From Eledone cirrhosa (taxonomy: Eukaryota), in the NCBI GenBank assembly GCA_964016885.1, contig OZ024750.1:12214001-12278000 (forward strand): a stretch of 64,000 nt of DNA, given 5' to 3'. Shown here piece by piece: positions 39,806 to 54,266 of the stretch. Made by a program: the position numbers and the translations under genes. The notes beneath the pieces were generated by a model that was given only the letters and a program-made list of their open reading frames with translations, had not been told where the DNA came from and ran no database searches. How positions within the stretch are numbered: position 1 is the stretch's first letter; every line of letters begins with the position of its first letter.

Positions 39806-42192
39806 TTTATGAAACATTTGCTGTAATACACTTCTTCAAATCCATCACTGTTCACTATTCCAAATATAACAAAAAGAAGTAAAAAAAAAAACCTGCTTCA
39901 ACAATTCATTTCTTTTACCAGCCTTGCCATGATTTTAAGTAAATTGCAAGAGAGTTGAAGAAAACCTACTCTACTTGAAAATAGCAAATGAATAGTAGAA
40001 TTCACAAAACTACTATTTAGTAACTGCTTGTAGGATATTGCTGACTCACTGTTAATGTTCCATTTAGTTCCTTTGTTAATCAATGTCAGATAATTTAATG
40101 CTATATTATTAGTACAGCTGTTGATAATAATGAGCCTGTAAGAATTGCAAACTTTGATTCTTTAGAATTATTAGAAACAGGTTTCTTCATGTGAAATTAT
40201 ATAAGAAAAAAAAAATGCCGGTGTTTTTAAACTATCCAACTTTGATAAAATCAATAAAGTAAATGCCAATATGAAAGATAATATTTTTGTTAAGTTTAAT
40301 TCCTGAAACTGAGTAGATCAACATTTTTTTATAATACATTTTAAATAGAATGGATTTCTTGTTTACTTTCTGTAACTAGAAATGGTATTCATACATGGAA
40401 AAAATAAAACCAATTCAGCTAACATGGACGTTATTATTTGACATCCCACAAAATGATAAAGAATATCTTACGAAAAAGAAATTGTAACTTGTTTTATATA
40501 GCAAACTCTAGCACAGGCATCATTGTTCTGTTGAACAGGTATTTTATGGAATATATATATATATATTTGCATAGTTCTGTTTAAAAAAACCTACATATCT
40601 TTATTGAACACTAGGGACTATTGTTGTTAGTTTTCAATACTTATTTTATTGATCTCTTATAGGAAAAATAGGTGTGTGTGTGATCTGTATATACCACTCA
40701 CTGATCAAGGGTCAGTCTGCTTCATGGTCCAGGAGGACAGCAAGGGAGACATGCACACACTTGTAGGTAGCCAACTCCAATAACAGTGAGTAGGGATGTA
40801 GTCCAGGGGCCTCTGTTTTAAATATCATTTTAAAAAGTCCTCACTTCCAGAGAAAGAAAAGTTTTTTCTATTCTTGCTCCGACAAAATATTTCACTGAAA
40901 TTTTCTCCTTCTTTTGTTTAAAATGCAAAAAATATTCATTTCTGATTATTTTTCTTAAAAGAATATCTAAAAAAAAAAAGGTTTTATTTTCTGTGTTTAT
41001 AAAAACAGAAAGGCATTGGTTGAGCATCTAAGATACAGCTGTTTTATTTTTTGTAATTATATAATTATATTAGACTTTCCAAGAAAGGTTGTGTTGTGCA
41101 TAAATATTTATCATTTAATTAAGTTTAGTGATTTAAAGTGAAACATTAAAAAAATAAAAGAAATGTTTCTGTTATGGAAGGATTGAAAACTGATGTCACT
41201 TTTATAATCTAATCTAATCTATTTTAAGACTTTTTTTTACCTCTTAGAAACTAGAGAGTTTAGTTTTTGTTTGACCTGATGGCCTAAACTTTGGGAGTTG
41301 TTGATTCAATTTAACACCTTCCTTTGTCATTTTATTTTTGACTCTTTCCTTCTACTTTTTTTGGTTTGTTATTCTTGTTCACTCACCCCTTAGTAACTAA
41401 CTACAATGACATGATTGAAGCTATGAAGTTGAACAAAGAAGTAAGTGATTGCCATTAGTAATAATTGAAGAGAGTAAGCCTACTTAATTTCCAATAATGG
41501 CCTTGTTAGCAAATGCTGTAATTTCTGTCAAATATCTCTTCCTGTCTGTCTTATACAAAGGACAAGTCTCTTAATAATAACAATTACATACAATTTTTCT
41601 GTTTTCTTTTCTTCTTGGGCTCTGTGGTCAGTAGCTATTGTTAATGACACTCAATACCTAAACAGAAAAATAAAAAAACCTAAACAAAACAAAAAGACGT
41701 ATTTTCTACTCACTTCAATGAGAAACAATTTTCCTTTGATTAAGAATTAGCACTTGTAAATTTTCTAGGATTGCCTTGTCTGAGTTGCTCTCTAATATTA
41801 AGTAATTTTTTCTTTGGGTGTTTGGGTGGGAAGTGTCTATCATTATTGAGAGTAGCATTTAAATAAGGAAAACCTGGTTATTGAAGAACACTTAACTACG
41901 TTTTTGTATTTAATTAATGTTACTCTGGTTAAAGAAAATACTAAAAACATATCTTGTAGTTAAATATTTCCTTACTTTCATTTACCTTACTCTATATATA
42001 CTTTTATATTTTATTGGTAAAGGCTTTATCTCAGATAATATCGAATCTATGAGACTTTGATATTATTTATTTTGAGAACAATACTTAATAATAATAATAA
42101 TAATAATGATTTCCAATTTAGGCACAAGGCCAACAATTTTGGGGGAGCGCAAAGTCAATTAAATCGACCCCAGTGCATTACTGGTACTTTAA

Positions 42193-42400
42193 CACTTTAG
42201 TTTTTACATTACTCTATATTTACTATTATATTTTCATGGTAAAGGCTTTATCTTACATAATATCGAATCTATGGGATTTTGATATTATTTATTTTGAGAG
42301 CAATACCTTAACATAAATATGAGTGGGTGGATACAGCTGGTTTGAACAGAAAGAGGTGAGAGAATTCTTGCCAGATACGTCCAGTTTAAATGCTAAAGGG
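42193..42400 (+). mobile_element. piggyBac-like MITE inserted at a family-A SINE fragment
   Basis: TTAA on both sides; right TIR TAAATGCTAAAGGG; partial copy at about 41980-42087. Confidence 0.75.
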
Positions 42401-42880
42401 TTAAGTTGAAGTCATTTAAAGAAACATACATTTATTCTGTAACAAACTTTATCCATTTGCTAATTTATTGCTAGCAATGAATTGTAATCCGACTCATTCT
42501 CTTTATCTGGAATCATGGTTTTTATTGTATTATATTCTATTTTGAAATAATTATGAGAAAAAAACATATCCCACATATTTATTGTTTACTAATCTGAATA
42601 AGAACAGCAGTAACCCAGGCAGCACCAGGTAATTCTGCTAGTACCTAATAAAATTTTAAATATTGTTGATATTAAATAACTCACTATAGTCACAATATAT
42701 ATCAAATGTCTTTTCTCTTAGATATTTGTAAACAACACCTCTACTTTATATTTCTATCACAAAACATTTCAGCTACAGTCTTTACACTATATAGTATTTG
42801 CTAGAGAAAGCTGACTCCTACAGGATTTGACCTACGGGAAATAGCTGCCAAAATTCACTTAGAACACACCCTGCTACCTA

Positions 42881-43150
42881 TCATCATCATCATCATCATC
42901 ATCATCATAGTTTAACGTCCATCTTCCACGCTAGCATGGGTTTGGATGGGAATTTTCCCACTTGAGGCAAGATTGGTTGTCTTGCTCGTATAGGACTGTC
43001 TGGCGGGTTTTCTATGGCTGGATGCCCTTCCTAACACCAACTACGTTTACAGTGTGGACTGGGAGGTTTTTACCATGTTACCTACACGGCCACATTACAG
43101 TGTGGACTGTGTGTTTTTTTGTCGTGACACCTACACAACCTCATTTATTT
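42881..43150 (-). mobile_element. RTE-tail-related short element with (ATG)n tail
   Basis: catcatc..aacgtccatcttccacgctagcatgggtt..ggatgcccttcctaacacc; similar copy at 52619-52860. Confidence 0.7.
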
Positions 43151-43259
43151 AGGACTGGATGTTGTGGTACCAACATAACTTCACATCGAAAGGGGTGGTG
43201 TGGATGAGGTGGGGGTAGTGGGACGGGGGTCGGTGTGTATTTTGGTGCCTATTGACTGT

Positions 43260-43299
<40 letters not shown>

Positions 43300-43539
43300 G
43301 AAAGACATTGGATAATGTAGTTTGAGATAAACCAATCCATCAAGATTGACCTTGATCAAATGTTTGTTTGATCAAGGTTGACCTAGACCTAAATAACTAA
43401 AACAACCATAAAAACCATCTTATGTTACTAGTATTGACTGTTATGTAAAAGCATTGGATAGAACCAACAAATATATCAACTCTACTTGTTACTGATATAA
43501 ATGCAAACCAGACATATTCAATAATGTAGTCTTAATATG

Positions 43540-43810
43540 CCTGAACACAGCCATCAGTATGTACATGAAGCTGTGCTTGGACACCAGCATTGTACTTTCC
43601 ATGGCCATCTACACCTGTAAAATATAGAAACACACTGTTAAGATGGATAGGTTTCTAAACACTTTCAATCAAAGGTGCCTGTGTAAGATTCTAAAGGTCA
43701 CCTGGCGAGATCAGGTTGGGAGTGAAGAGATCCTGTGGAGAGCAGGGTCGCATACACTGCAGGAGATTGTCATGGAATGTTGGTTCCATTTTGCGAGTCA
43801 CATTCTACAG
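43540..43810 (+). pseudogene. Decayed RTE-like LINE ORF fragment
   Basis: FLNTFNQRCLCKILKVTWRDQVGSEEILWRAG..LQEIV..WFHFASHIL resembles the CLR.IL...W.D...N.E.L.RA motif. Confidence 0.75.
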
Positions 43811-45028
43811 GAAGTTAGTTCCATTTTTCAAGTCACATTCTGCACCTCGCAGAAAAGCGACCATCCAAAAGGATGATAATGTGGAAAGGAAATTTCAAAC
43901 TAAAACACTTTAAATCCAAATTTTGAATAGTTTACAAGAAAGTAAATGTTGAAAATATTACAGAATTTAAATACCTTATTTGTTTAATTAATTATTTATA
44001 TATTTATTTATTCATATTTATATTTATTTATTCATATTAAGCAGATTATAAATTAACTACATAAATCATATCATCTCTATAATCTAAGAATACTAAGTAT
44101 AGTTAAATCTAAAACTATATATCACATAACTAGTTACATGTGTTCATATATTTATCCAGAAATACTTGAACAAGGCATTAGAAAGAATCTTTAGATATAC
44201 CTGAAGTTATTTCCTTTATTAAATTAAATGGCCTTGCTTAAGTATTGGAAGAGGAGAGCTTTCTTTTAATCTTTTAAATATAGACTACCATTACTTTCTA
44301 TTTTTATTTCAAACCAGTCTCTGCTTTCAATGTCATATCTTTAATTCTTGGCTATTTTTTTAACTTATCAAAGCTCAATCATGTTCAATGATTCCTCCTT
44401 ATCTCTTTCCATCATAGTATTTGGCTTCTAGCCTCACACCTAATACTATACAATACAGACTATCTGTTTATCTGTTGTGTAAACTATTCTTAGACAATAA
44501 AACTCTAGTTACTGTTGTCTTATAAGCAATTTGTCTGCAAGCTGTGTTATCTAACTACTAACAACCTCTCACATGAACTAATGATGAGCCCTCTCTTGAA
44601 CTACTAGAAATAGCAACTAAATCAACTCTCTCAAATTACACCTCACTGTCTTAAAAAAAAAATAAGCAGAAAGAAACATTTGATAATGTAGTATGTCTGA
44701 AAAGAAGATAGAATGGTGATAATTGGAACAACTATGATCACAGTTTGTTTTCCTTCCTAAACTTCACTTCTTTAGTTTTGACATTGTCTCTGGTTGGTTT
44801 ACTTTGATGGACATGTATTGTTGATTCCCAGATTGAAATGTATCCATTTCTGGTAATTGTATATCTACAATTTCCCTCCACTGCAGCTATTAAAATGCAA
44901 CTGTACAAAAGGAATAATAATCTTATTAGACTCACCTAATTTGGTGAATATTAGATATTAGATTACCAGATCATTGTGCATTCTAATTGGCTAGTGTTTC
45001 TTTCTATCAGACCTGAAAACATTCTTAA

Positions 45029-45217
45029 CCCTTTAACATTTAAACTGGCCATATCTGGCCAGAATTCTCTCACTTCTTTCTGTTCAAACCAGGTGTAACC
45101 AGCCACTTGTTCTCAAAATAAATAATATCAAAATCTCATAGATTCGATATTATGTGAGATAAAGCTTTTACCATGAAAATACAATAGTATATATAGAGTC
45201 ATTTAAATGCTAAAGGG
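45029..45217 (-). mobile_element. piggyBac-like MITE
   Basis: TTAA|CCCTTTAACATTTA ... TAAATGCTAAAGGG|TTAA. Confidence 0.8.
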
Positions 45218-45541
45218 TTAAGATATGTGGTAGGTGACATTTTTACTGAAACATTTGTCACATTCACACTATATTATTTGTAGAAATCTTCTTATTTGCC
45301 TTTTAAGCAGAACATTTCCTATTTTCAGTGAAGGAAATAAATGGAAATAGATTCCCAGGTGAATTAGTTACATCTCACCTGTCATTAACATCAGGTGTCC
45401 TATTGACTTTCTATAACTTTTGATCTGAATAAATTCTAAGGAATTTCTATAAAAATATATTTTATCATATAACTTCCTTTCATTAATATTTACTTTAGAT
45501 ATCAGTCAGTCAGTGTATTGAAATAAAAAGATAAATAAAAA

Positions 45542-45750
45542 CATCATCATCACCATCATCATCATCATCATCATCATCATTATCTCTCTCTATCTATCTA
45601 AGGCGGGTAAAATTCCCGAGATCCATGGACGAGTTCTCTCCAGCAGTCTCTGTCCCTCATTATCGCTGCCATATCCTGCATCTCCAACAGACCAGTGTCT
45701 GTCCTTAGGGCATCAACATATGTTAACCTTGGTCTTCCTCTTCTAGTGTG
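45542..45750 (-). mobile_element. RTE-like LINE extreme 3' end with simple-repeat tail
   Basis: GHTRRGRPRLTYVDALRTDTGL..MAAIMRDRDCWRELV* followed by (AGAT)/(GAT)n on the minus strand. Confidence 0.78.
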
Positions 45751-46310
45751 TCCGTGTTTTTCCATGCTGACATAGGCTGGAGAAGACCATTTGACATAGA
45801 ATTCTATGACACGATGACCTTTCTGATGCCATAACACTATATACATCTACACACAAGAACACATGCATACTTAAGCACCATCACCACTACCATCATCATA
45901 CATGCATACAAATATTATGGTCCTCACTTACAATCGAATGTGACTTTGTAGTAACTACCATGCTTTTGCTAAGGGTATTCACTAGGTATTCATGCAATTG
46001 CGAGCAGACACAGACACCTTACCCTCAGGATCCCCTCTCCTTTGATTTAAAGTAGTAGGAGTGTCCTCACTGAAAACAGCATCTCACTGAAGTTGCTCCA
46101 AGCCAGAACTTCATTATAAAAGAGGAATTCTTTGATCAATAATAGATCAGAGACTTTCCAGTTACACTGACTTCTAAGTTTCTAATTATTGCCAGGGAAT
46201 TTTTGTGAATGAATACAGTCTTTTCATTAAGCTTTGTATATGTGTAGTGTTTATCTGCCTTAAGATATAGTGTAATACTTTCTATATATGTAGTGTTTAT
46301 CTCTATTTAA

Positions 46311-46517
46311 CCCTTTAGCATTTACATTACACTATATATATACTATTGTATTTTCATGGTAAACACTTTACCTCACATAATATCGAATCTACAAGATATT
46401 GATATTTATTTTGAGAACAATACCTTAACATAAGTATGAGCAGCCGGTTATGACCAGTTTGAACAGAAAGAGGTGAGAGAATTCTGATCAGATATGGCCA
46501 GTTTAAATGCTAAAGGG
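46311..46517 (+). mobile_element. piggyBac-like MITE
   Basis: TTAA|CCCTTTAGCATTTA ... TAAATGCTAAAGGG|TTAA; perfect 14-bp TIR and TTAA TSD. Confidence 0.85.
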
Positions 46518-46916
46518 TTAAGATATAATGTAGTAATTAATATCTTGAAAGTTATCAATCATTAAGTTGGTGTTAATAGTTACATTTAAGCCAAACTCCT
46601 TAAATATATCTATCAAATCTGTCTATACCATAGACATTGGTATAGAGATTGAAGCATATTTTGACACCACATATCCAGTGAACCATAGCATTTACATTTC
46701 TCTCCAGTCACAATTTGTCCTCAATCTTGAGAGCCTAAAATTCACTAAATTACAACGACAACAGATCAAACAGAGACATTAAACACCCCGCCTCTTGCTT
46801 CAAAAGATAGGTACCTCCCAGTCAGGATTGGTACAGCGTCTATAATAACCAGTGGTGTAATAAACTATCAAAACCTTTTCAATAACCAATCCATGCTATA
46901 TTTAGATGTTTTAGAG

Positions 46917-47127
46917 CAGGCAAGTTAAACATACGGCCCGCGGGCCACATGTGACCCCATACAAGCAAACCTGTGGCCTGTACAAAGGTTTTTACAGCAC
47001 GAGCATGTTTTATCTTTGTAATATAAAATTAAAAAATTAGTTGTAATATGTGCAATTAGTTGTCATGTGTGACACCCTCTGACAACACATATGTGGCCCT
47101 CGTGGGACCCTCAGTTTGACTTGCCTG
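46917..47127. mobile_element. hAT-Charlie-like MITE with a perfect 8-bp TSD
   Basis: TTTTAGAG|CAGGCAAGTTAAAC ... GTTTGACTTGCCTG|TTTTAGAG; ggcccgcgggcc subterminal motif. Confidence 0.88.
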
Positions 47128-47147
47128 TTTTAGAGGATTTTACAAAT

Positions 47148-47178
<31 letters not shown>

Positions 47179-48753
47179 CTCAATTTATCAACAGCTTTCT
47201 TTTTACTCCAATACATCCAGTTTTAAGACCCTTTGTCTTCTTCCTATGTTAAAGTATATATATCATGTTTATATTTTAGTGATAAACAACTTATTGGTAC
47301 TAAGTTATGGTGATCTGTTGAGGTTTTGACTATAGAAAATATTGTTCGACCCTTAACATGTCAGATAGGTGTTGATTCTTTTCACAACTCAGTAAATAAT
47401 GGTTAAAAATTTTAATTAGAAATTTGGAACTTTTACAATTCCAGGAACTGTTCTTTCTATAACAGTTTTTATTGTGTTTGTTGAAATTCTTGCTTTTATG
47501 TTGGGTCATATGACATAGTTATTTTCTTTCCTTTCCTTCTCTTCTTCCCTCCTGTCCTCTTCTTCTTTTCTGTCCACTTCTTCTCTCCTGTCCTCCTCCA
47601 CTCTCCTCCTCCACTCTCCTCCTCGTCTCTCTTCCTCCTCCTCCTCTCCGCTCTTCCTCTTCCATTATATATCTTTATCATATTGCCTATTTTGTTTCCA
47701 TAGTCTTTCTTATGATTTTGATTTTGTATTGATGTTTTTTTTTCTTATATATTTCTCACTAAATGTTATTATTTATTTATTCATTATCAATATTCTGACA
47801 GAATGTGTGTTATTTTGTTATTTTGTTCTTAGTATTGTTTCAAATTAATGATTTTCATAGAAGAAATGCTTAATGCTTTTTAAAAACGTCTTATCAGGTA
47901 TGCCTTTGTCACGATCAACTGTCTTGTATTTTTGCTTCCAGGGTGTCTTTCTTCTCTTTTCTTAATATCTGGTTCATTATTTTCTGGTTTCTTTGAGACC
48001 CTTCCCTGTACAGAGAACAGAGAGAGAGTGTGTATATATATATATTTTTTTTACTTTTTGTCGGCTTTTTCTTAATTTTTTTTTTTTTTTTGTCAAAGTG
48101 TATTATTTTTCAGTTAGTTAATGTGTGTGTGGCCAAGAGTATATATTTTTTTTATGTAGCTGAATATTTAAGTCATCGTTTTTTATGGAGTCTTGTGAAG
48201 TCATCATTATCTTTTGATTTTTCATTGTTTTCTCTTGGGGTTTTTTTCTAATAGAGATGACTTTTCTTTTTTCTTTCTATGTGTGGTTGTTTTAGTTGAG
48301 CTTTTTGTTTTCTTTGTGTTATGGTGGTTCCTGTATTTTGTGTGAAGTGAGATCTGCTATACTAGTTGTCTTGATCGTGTGCGTATCTTGTGTTGTGCGT
48401 ATTGTGGTGTTTGTGTATATTGGTGTATTGTGGGTTTATGTGTGTTTCTTGGTTTGTGTGTATCTCTGGGTTTGTGTGTGTATCTTGGTTTGTGTGTATC
48501 TTGGTTTGTGTGTATCTTGGACTGTGTGTATTGTGGGTGTCTCTTGATTTGTGTGTAGGTAGTTCTTTTATCTCAAAGTAGAATTAAACTCAGAGCCATA
48601 ACAAACACTGCAAGGCATTCTATTTGTATATCTCATGACTCAGCTAATTTTCTACATTTGTCGCATGGTAGATTTTTATTTTATTTGGAAGGATTTTAGG
48701 AAATAAAACTTTCTGTTGGAGAGTTAACTTACCTGATAAGACGTTTTACTTCA

Positions 48754-48900
48754 TAATTGTTTCTACTTTTTGGCACAAGGCCATCAATTACCCAGTACAT
48801 TACTGGTACTTTATTTTATCGACTCCGTAAGGATGAAAGGCAAAGTTAACCTCGGCGGGATTTGAACTCAGACCGTAAAGGGACGTAACTATGCTGCTGC
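48754..48900 (-). mobile_element. Family-A SINE, 5'-truncated
   Basis: taattgtttctac..actggtactttattttatcgac..gatttgaactcagacc. Confidence 0.85.
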
Positions 48901-48929
48901 ATTAAACTCACGGACTGGAGTTTCTCAAT

Positions 48930-49115
48930 AACTCCCTTTTTGTATGTTGTATATATTTGTAAGTAATTGTCTGGTTTTTTTTTTGTTGTTTTTGTTGTCA
49001 TTCCCAGAACACCTATTATTATAGGGGTTGTTTCTTTTTTCATTATCCACATTCAAGATATTTCTGTCTCCAGATCTTTACATTTGTATAATTTCTTCAT
49101 TTCCTTGATGTCGGC
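48930..49115 (-). pseudogene. Decayed REL-endonuclease fragment of an R4/Dong/NeSL-like LINE
   Basis: KEMKKLYKCKDLETEIS*MWIMKKETTPIIIGVLGM resembles the KE.EK..KY.DL..EI...W......P.++GALG motif. Confidence 0.65.
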
Positions 49116-49902
49116 TGTGAAAATTATTATTATCATTATTATTATTTTATTTTATTTAAAGTGAATTCATTTTATGAAGCCTTTTGGGGAAGATCTTTTA
49201 AGACAAAATAAAATATATTCAAATAGAAAAGAAAAAGATGAAAGTTTTCAAAGTCAGTATAGAAGTCACTGTAAAAATAATTAATGGTGTTATGTTACAT
49301 TGACATTTCCAAATCTTGGAGTGTTTCTGATACTGAGTAAGATGCATTTTAGATTTCTCAGACATGACTTTCTTTTACCCTCCTTTTTACTAAATTGTTT
49401 CTCTGCTCACAATCCAGCCATAAAATATCCTTAATGATGTCAATGTGTAGACAATTTTTAGAATGAGAAAAAAATACTTAGAGTTGATAGAGAATTAAAG
49501 AAACCTTAAAAGACAATTATTGAAAGTTTAGCATAACCTTTGGCATCAATGAACACCTGGGAACATATTTCTATAACCTAAAGAATTTAGAAAAGGATCA
49601 TTAACTAAAGAAATTCCAATAATTCAAGCAGAAATAATTCAACTCACACGAGTAATTTTCATGTTTTAAAGACTTATTTCTTTCTTTTCTTTTTTTCATC
49701 TAAAATGAATAGAAAATAATTTGAGGAAATATTTAAAAGAATGAATATATATATAATGTATTATTATATTACACTCTGTCTAGCTCTACACCTCGATACT
49801 GATGTGAACCTAAACATTGAGTGCTCACCTGGGTAAACCTACAGTAACTTTGCGTTACACTCCCTGGATATATATATATGTATATATATATATACATATA
49901 TA

Positions 49903-49947
49903 TTCTACAGGACTAGAACGGTTTCATTCGAAAGAAATCATCAGGAA
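49903..49947 (-). ncRNA. Family-2 hammerhead motif within a fold-back element (49903-50024)
   Basis: TTC-CTGATGA-TTTCTTTCGAAT-GAAA-CCG-TTCTAGTC-CTG-TA-GAA; the inverted 3' half follows at 49948-49972. Further 3'-half copies lie near 53991-54037 and 56589-56704. Confidence 0.55.
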
Positions 49948-50989
49948 ATGAAACAGTTCTAGTCCTGTAGAAGCCATTTCTATATTAAACTTGATGTTTA
50001 TACTCTACTAATGTATTGAGTACCACACAAAAAAAAACAAAAAAAAAACATTTGAATTAATTAAACTGAAAAGTAAGGGGAAGGGCCATTGGAGCACCAG
50101 ACGAATGCGTAGCAGTATTTGTTCTGGCGCTTTAAGTTCTGAGTTCACATCTTGCCGAGGAGGTCAACTTAGACTATTCTCAAAATTGCTGGCCTTGTGC
50201 CTAAATTAGAAACCAGTAATTAAATTCAAATGCCAATAATAAAATTGGTATAATTTTTCAACTTCCATCCTTGAAGAAAAAAATATCTGTCATACATATG
50301 AATTAGGCATTGACCTAATTCATATTAATATGTTTATATTCATATTAATATGTTTATATTTATAAATAAACATTTTAACTATATTAGACTATTATATCAG
50401 CTGAAAAATTAATTATAGAATAAAGCAGAGAGAGGGGGAGAGAGAAACATTCCAATAAATTAGATCTTTAAAAGTTATGGAGGTTTATATTGTAATTAGA
50501 AGAGAAAGAGTGTCTGAGATGGATTGTGTTTTGCCTATTGTTTAGATTGATGTCATTGCAAAACTCTTCCTTATCTTAACAACTCTTGAAGGATTAAACC
50601 TTTCATTGCTGTATTTCAAATGAAATACACTGCATTTAAATTACTTATTGAAGAATTTAGAAGAATCTGTTAAAATTATTAATTATTTAAATAAAAAACT
50701 TTCAACATAATTTTACTTTTAAGTTAAGTTACAATATACTAAATTTATGCCTACTTTATTATCCAGTATTTTCAAACCCTTAATAGTCAAGCCTTGGTCT
50801 TTGTTATTAATGATATTTAGAATAATAGAGTTGGGAAGACCCTTCAGACATGACAGCCTCCCTAGTGTTGGTGATCTACACAATAAACAGACTCAGTACA
50901 CACTGTAAAGTGGTTGGTAATAGGAAGGATATCCAGCTAAAGAAAATAGGTCAAACAAAGGGTTGGGATGACCCTCAGTTGTGTCAAAA

Positions 50990-51219
50990 ACATGACAACC
51001 TCTCCTGTGTGAGACCATACATAAACGGACATGACAACCTCTCCTGTGTGAGACCATACATAAACGGACATGACAACCTCTCCTGTGTGAGACCATACAT
51101 AAACGGACATGACAACCTCTCCTGTGTGAGACCATACATAAACGGACATGACAACCTCTCCTGTGTGAGACCATACATAAACGGACATGACAACCTCTCC
51201 TGTGTGAGACCATACATAA
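50990..51219. repeat. 39-bp tandem repeat, about 6 copies, inside an RTE-tail-related element
   Basis: acatgacaacctctcctgtgtgagaccatacataaacgg units; a single-unit relative lies at about 57790-57951. Confidence 0.93.
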
Positions 51220-51516
51220 ATGAGACGTCAGGTTACCTGGGAAATCAGTAGCCAGTAATTCAGTACTGACTTGGTCTATGTAGACCTGTCCAACTCTTGC
51301 TAGCAGGGAAAGTGTATGTTAAAACAATGATCAGGCTCAAAACTGTCTTCTATTATGTAACAATATCAATTGTTAAAGTCTAATAAATCAGACTATACTG
51401 TTACATAATGTTACATAACGAAGGATGGTTCTGAGCATGAAACATGCATAATAGAGTAAATATATGTTAAACTGAGCGCCCTCTTCTGGCTGTGTGTGTG
51501 TATATTATATATATGT

Positions 51517-51552
<36 letters not shown>

Positions 51553-53302
51553 TGATAGAATATGCCAAGTTTGAAGTTAATATTTATTTAGTTCCTTCTG
51601 TTGTCACTGAAATTACTGAACAGAAAGAATTTCTGAAAATAATAAATTATTTTATGTTTGACTTGTTTATGGTTTCCATATGAACTCATGTAATTTACCA
51701 TCTGTAGCTGGTTTCATTTATGTAAGTCATTAAGCCAGAGTAGTTAAGCATTCTCAGGTCATTTGATTTCGTTTTGGGTGGAAGGATTTTGTTAACAGCA
51801 TGAAATAAAGTTTCCTATTAATCCGTTCGCTGAATTTTCTCTTCTGTAAACAGTTAGGAAGCAAAAAAAAACCAAAAAAACCCCAATAAATAGACAAATA
51901 AAATATTTAACAGAAAAGTAATGAATGAATCCACATCATGACACATTTCTTTTCTTATACATATCAGCAAACATCATTAATTATAAATGAGTACGATTTT
52001 GTTCTCAAAACTCCCTCGACATAAAATCTTCTTATTCTTAATTCTTTTTACTTTTCAACCACATCCATTTACATCAAAGCTGTACTAATTTTTATTTATG
52101 TTTCCATTACAACAAATGTATATCTACTTCTTGCATGCATATTATACACCATCTTGCTGATAGATTATTCATGTAAATCACTTAGTAACATAGCAAGAGC
52201 TTTCAGTACACAGCAAGTGTTAGTGTGTGTGTATGGGAGGCAAGGAAACACTTTTGCCATTTTACCTTAGTTAAGAGCCATGATAAACCAGAGGAAATAT
52301 TGTATACCTTCACACTGGCACACTGGGGGGACTGCTCCTTCATTCAACCACTTTTTGCCATGCCTCTGGTGTGAATATGTAATACCATGTGTTTTTAGTT
52401 CTATACCATTTTTAAAGAATCCTTATTGTAGGATTGGTTATATGGTTAAGAAGTTTGCTTTATAATCATGTAGTTTTGGGGTTTAAACCCACTGTGTGGT
52501 AACTGAGGCAAGTGTCTTCTATAGCGCCTGCCACCTAATGCTTTGTGAGTGAATTTAGTTAATGGAAACTGTGTGAATGCTTATGTATACGTGCATACAG
52601 CATATATATATATAACATTCATCATCATCATCATCATCATCATCATTGTTTAATGTCTATCTTCCACGCTAGCATGGGTTAGACGGGAATTGTCCCATTT
52701 GAGATAAGATTGGTCGGGTGACCATGTCTCACTCGCACAGGACTATCTGGCAGGTTTTCTACAGTTGGATGCCCTTCCTAATACCAACCACATTTATAAT
52801 GTGGACTGGGAGTTTTTTTACCGTGTTTCCTACATGACTACATTACAGCGTAGACTGTGTGTTTTTTTGTTCTTTTTTCTCTTTCTCTTTCTCTTTCTCT
52901 TTCTCTTCTCCCTTTTTTTTTCTTTTTTTTTGTCGTGATATATATATATATATATATGCATATATGCATACGAGTGCGTATGTGTTTTTATGCATCTTCA
53001 TATAGATACTGTGTTAAAACAAATAGTGACATTTGTTTATACCCAACATAAACTATTTGTCAGACAACTTAGCAGTTCAATGCAAGTCATTGGTACATAC
53101 CATACTTTACAATATAGTGAGTTGCTATCAGAAAGAGCATCTGGTCATAGTTACCACAAAAAGCCTGTCAGTATTGAAATAAATAAACAGAAAAACAATG
53201 ACTTCAATGACAGTTGTATATATGTCTTTCTGTATTTATATATCCTACCATGTTTTAATGTTTCTCTTTGGTGAGATTAACCAGAGAATTCAAATAATTT
53301 AA

Positions 53303-53515
53303 CCCTTTCATCACCACATTTTTCATGAAATATACTCTATTTTAATTAATTAATGAAGAATTTTGAGGGATTTACTAAAACTATTAATTATTTCATTGCT
53401 AAGATCGTAACTTAATGTAAGGTTCTTATATAAAATTATGTTGAAAGATTTTAATTTAACCTTAAAACCTTTCATAGAACTAGAATCGGTTTTGGCCAGG
53501 TTGGTAACTAAAGGG
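53303..53515. mobile_element. piggyBac-like MITE (second family)
   Basis: TTAA|CCCTTTCATCACCA ... TGGTAACTAAAGGG|TTAA. Confidence 0.65.
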
Positions 53516-54266
53516 TTAATGGATTCTCGGCATTAGCATAGTGTAGCTAATAACTACTTCTTATCTTCTTCATATTCTGACTGAAAAGAAGCTATTTTTT
53601 GACACTATAATCTCCAACAACAATTATGAGAGAAATCTACATCCAAGTAGTGTGTTTAAGAGGAGGTCAAAGCAAGGTTAACAAAGATTTTTAACTCTTT
53701 AACTGATGAAAGTCTTGTCTTAATCATTCAATAGTTTTACATCCATTTTGTTCAAGTAGCATTGGAGGAGAGTACAGTTGTCTTATCATTATAATTCTCT
53801 TATGGACAAAGGCTGTATAGGTCATCATATCATGGTTTAAGATGAGTTAGATTACTTTATTACATGTTACAGCTAACAGGCTGAGGCCATTCTGGAGCAC
53901 CGAAATACAGCTCGCTCATACATTCTATATTTTGACATGGTTTCTATGGACTTTATATATATATATATATAATGTGAATCCAAGGTTCAATCGAATGAAA
54001 CAGTTCTAGTCCTGTAGAAGCCATTTCTATATTAAATTTATTACACACACATATATATATATATATCATTTATATATATGTTTTTCTTGGTCCAACGACC
54101 GTTGTTTTCTTCCCAAATAGCTATCCAAGAATAGTTATTGATGCACTGTGGTGAATAGTCCTGTCTTTAATTTATTCAAAACTATAATGATCCACATGTG
54201 ACAGCTGATAAGCAGGAATTGTCCTTGTGTTTGTGTCTTCTGTGTTTTCTGTTTCCTTTTTTACCT

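Noticed and set aside
46017-46080. Minus-strand micro-exon candidate (ttttcag ... gtaagg)
   Set aside because: Only about 47 nt, with no recognisable peptide or neighbouring exons.
50850-51251. 133-aa ORF with repeated C/H (HDNLSCVRPYING) suggesting zinc fingers
   Set aside because: Product of a 39-bp tandem repeat inside a retro-derived element; spacing does not fit C2H2, and the HTGE on the other strand is coincidental.
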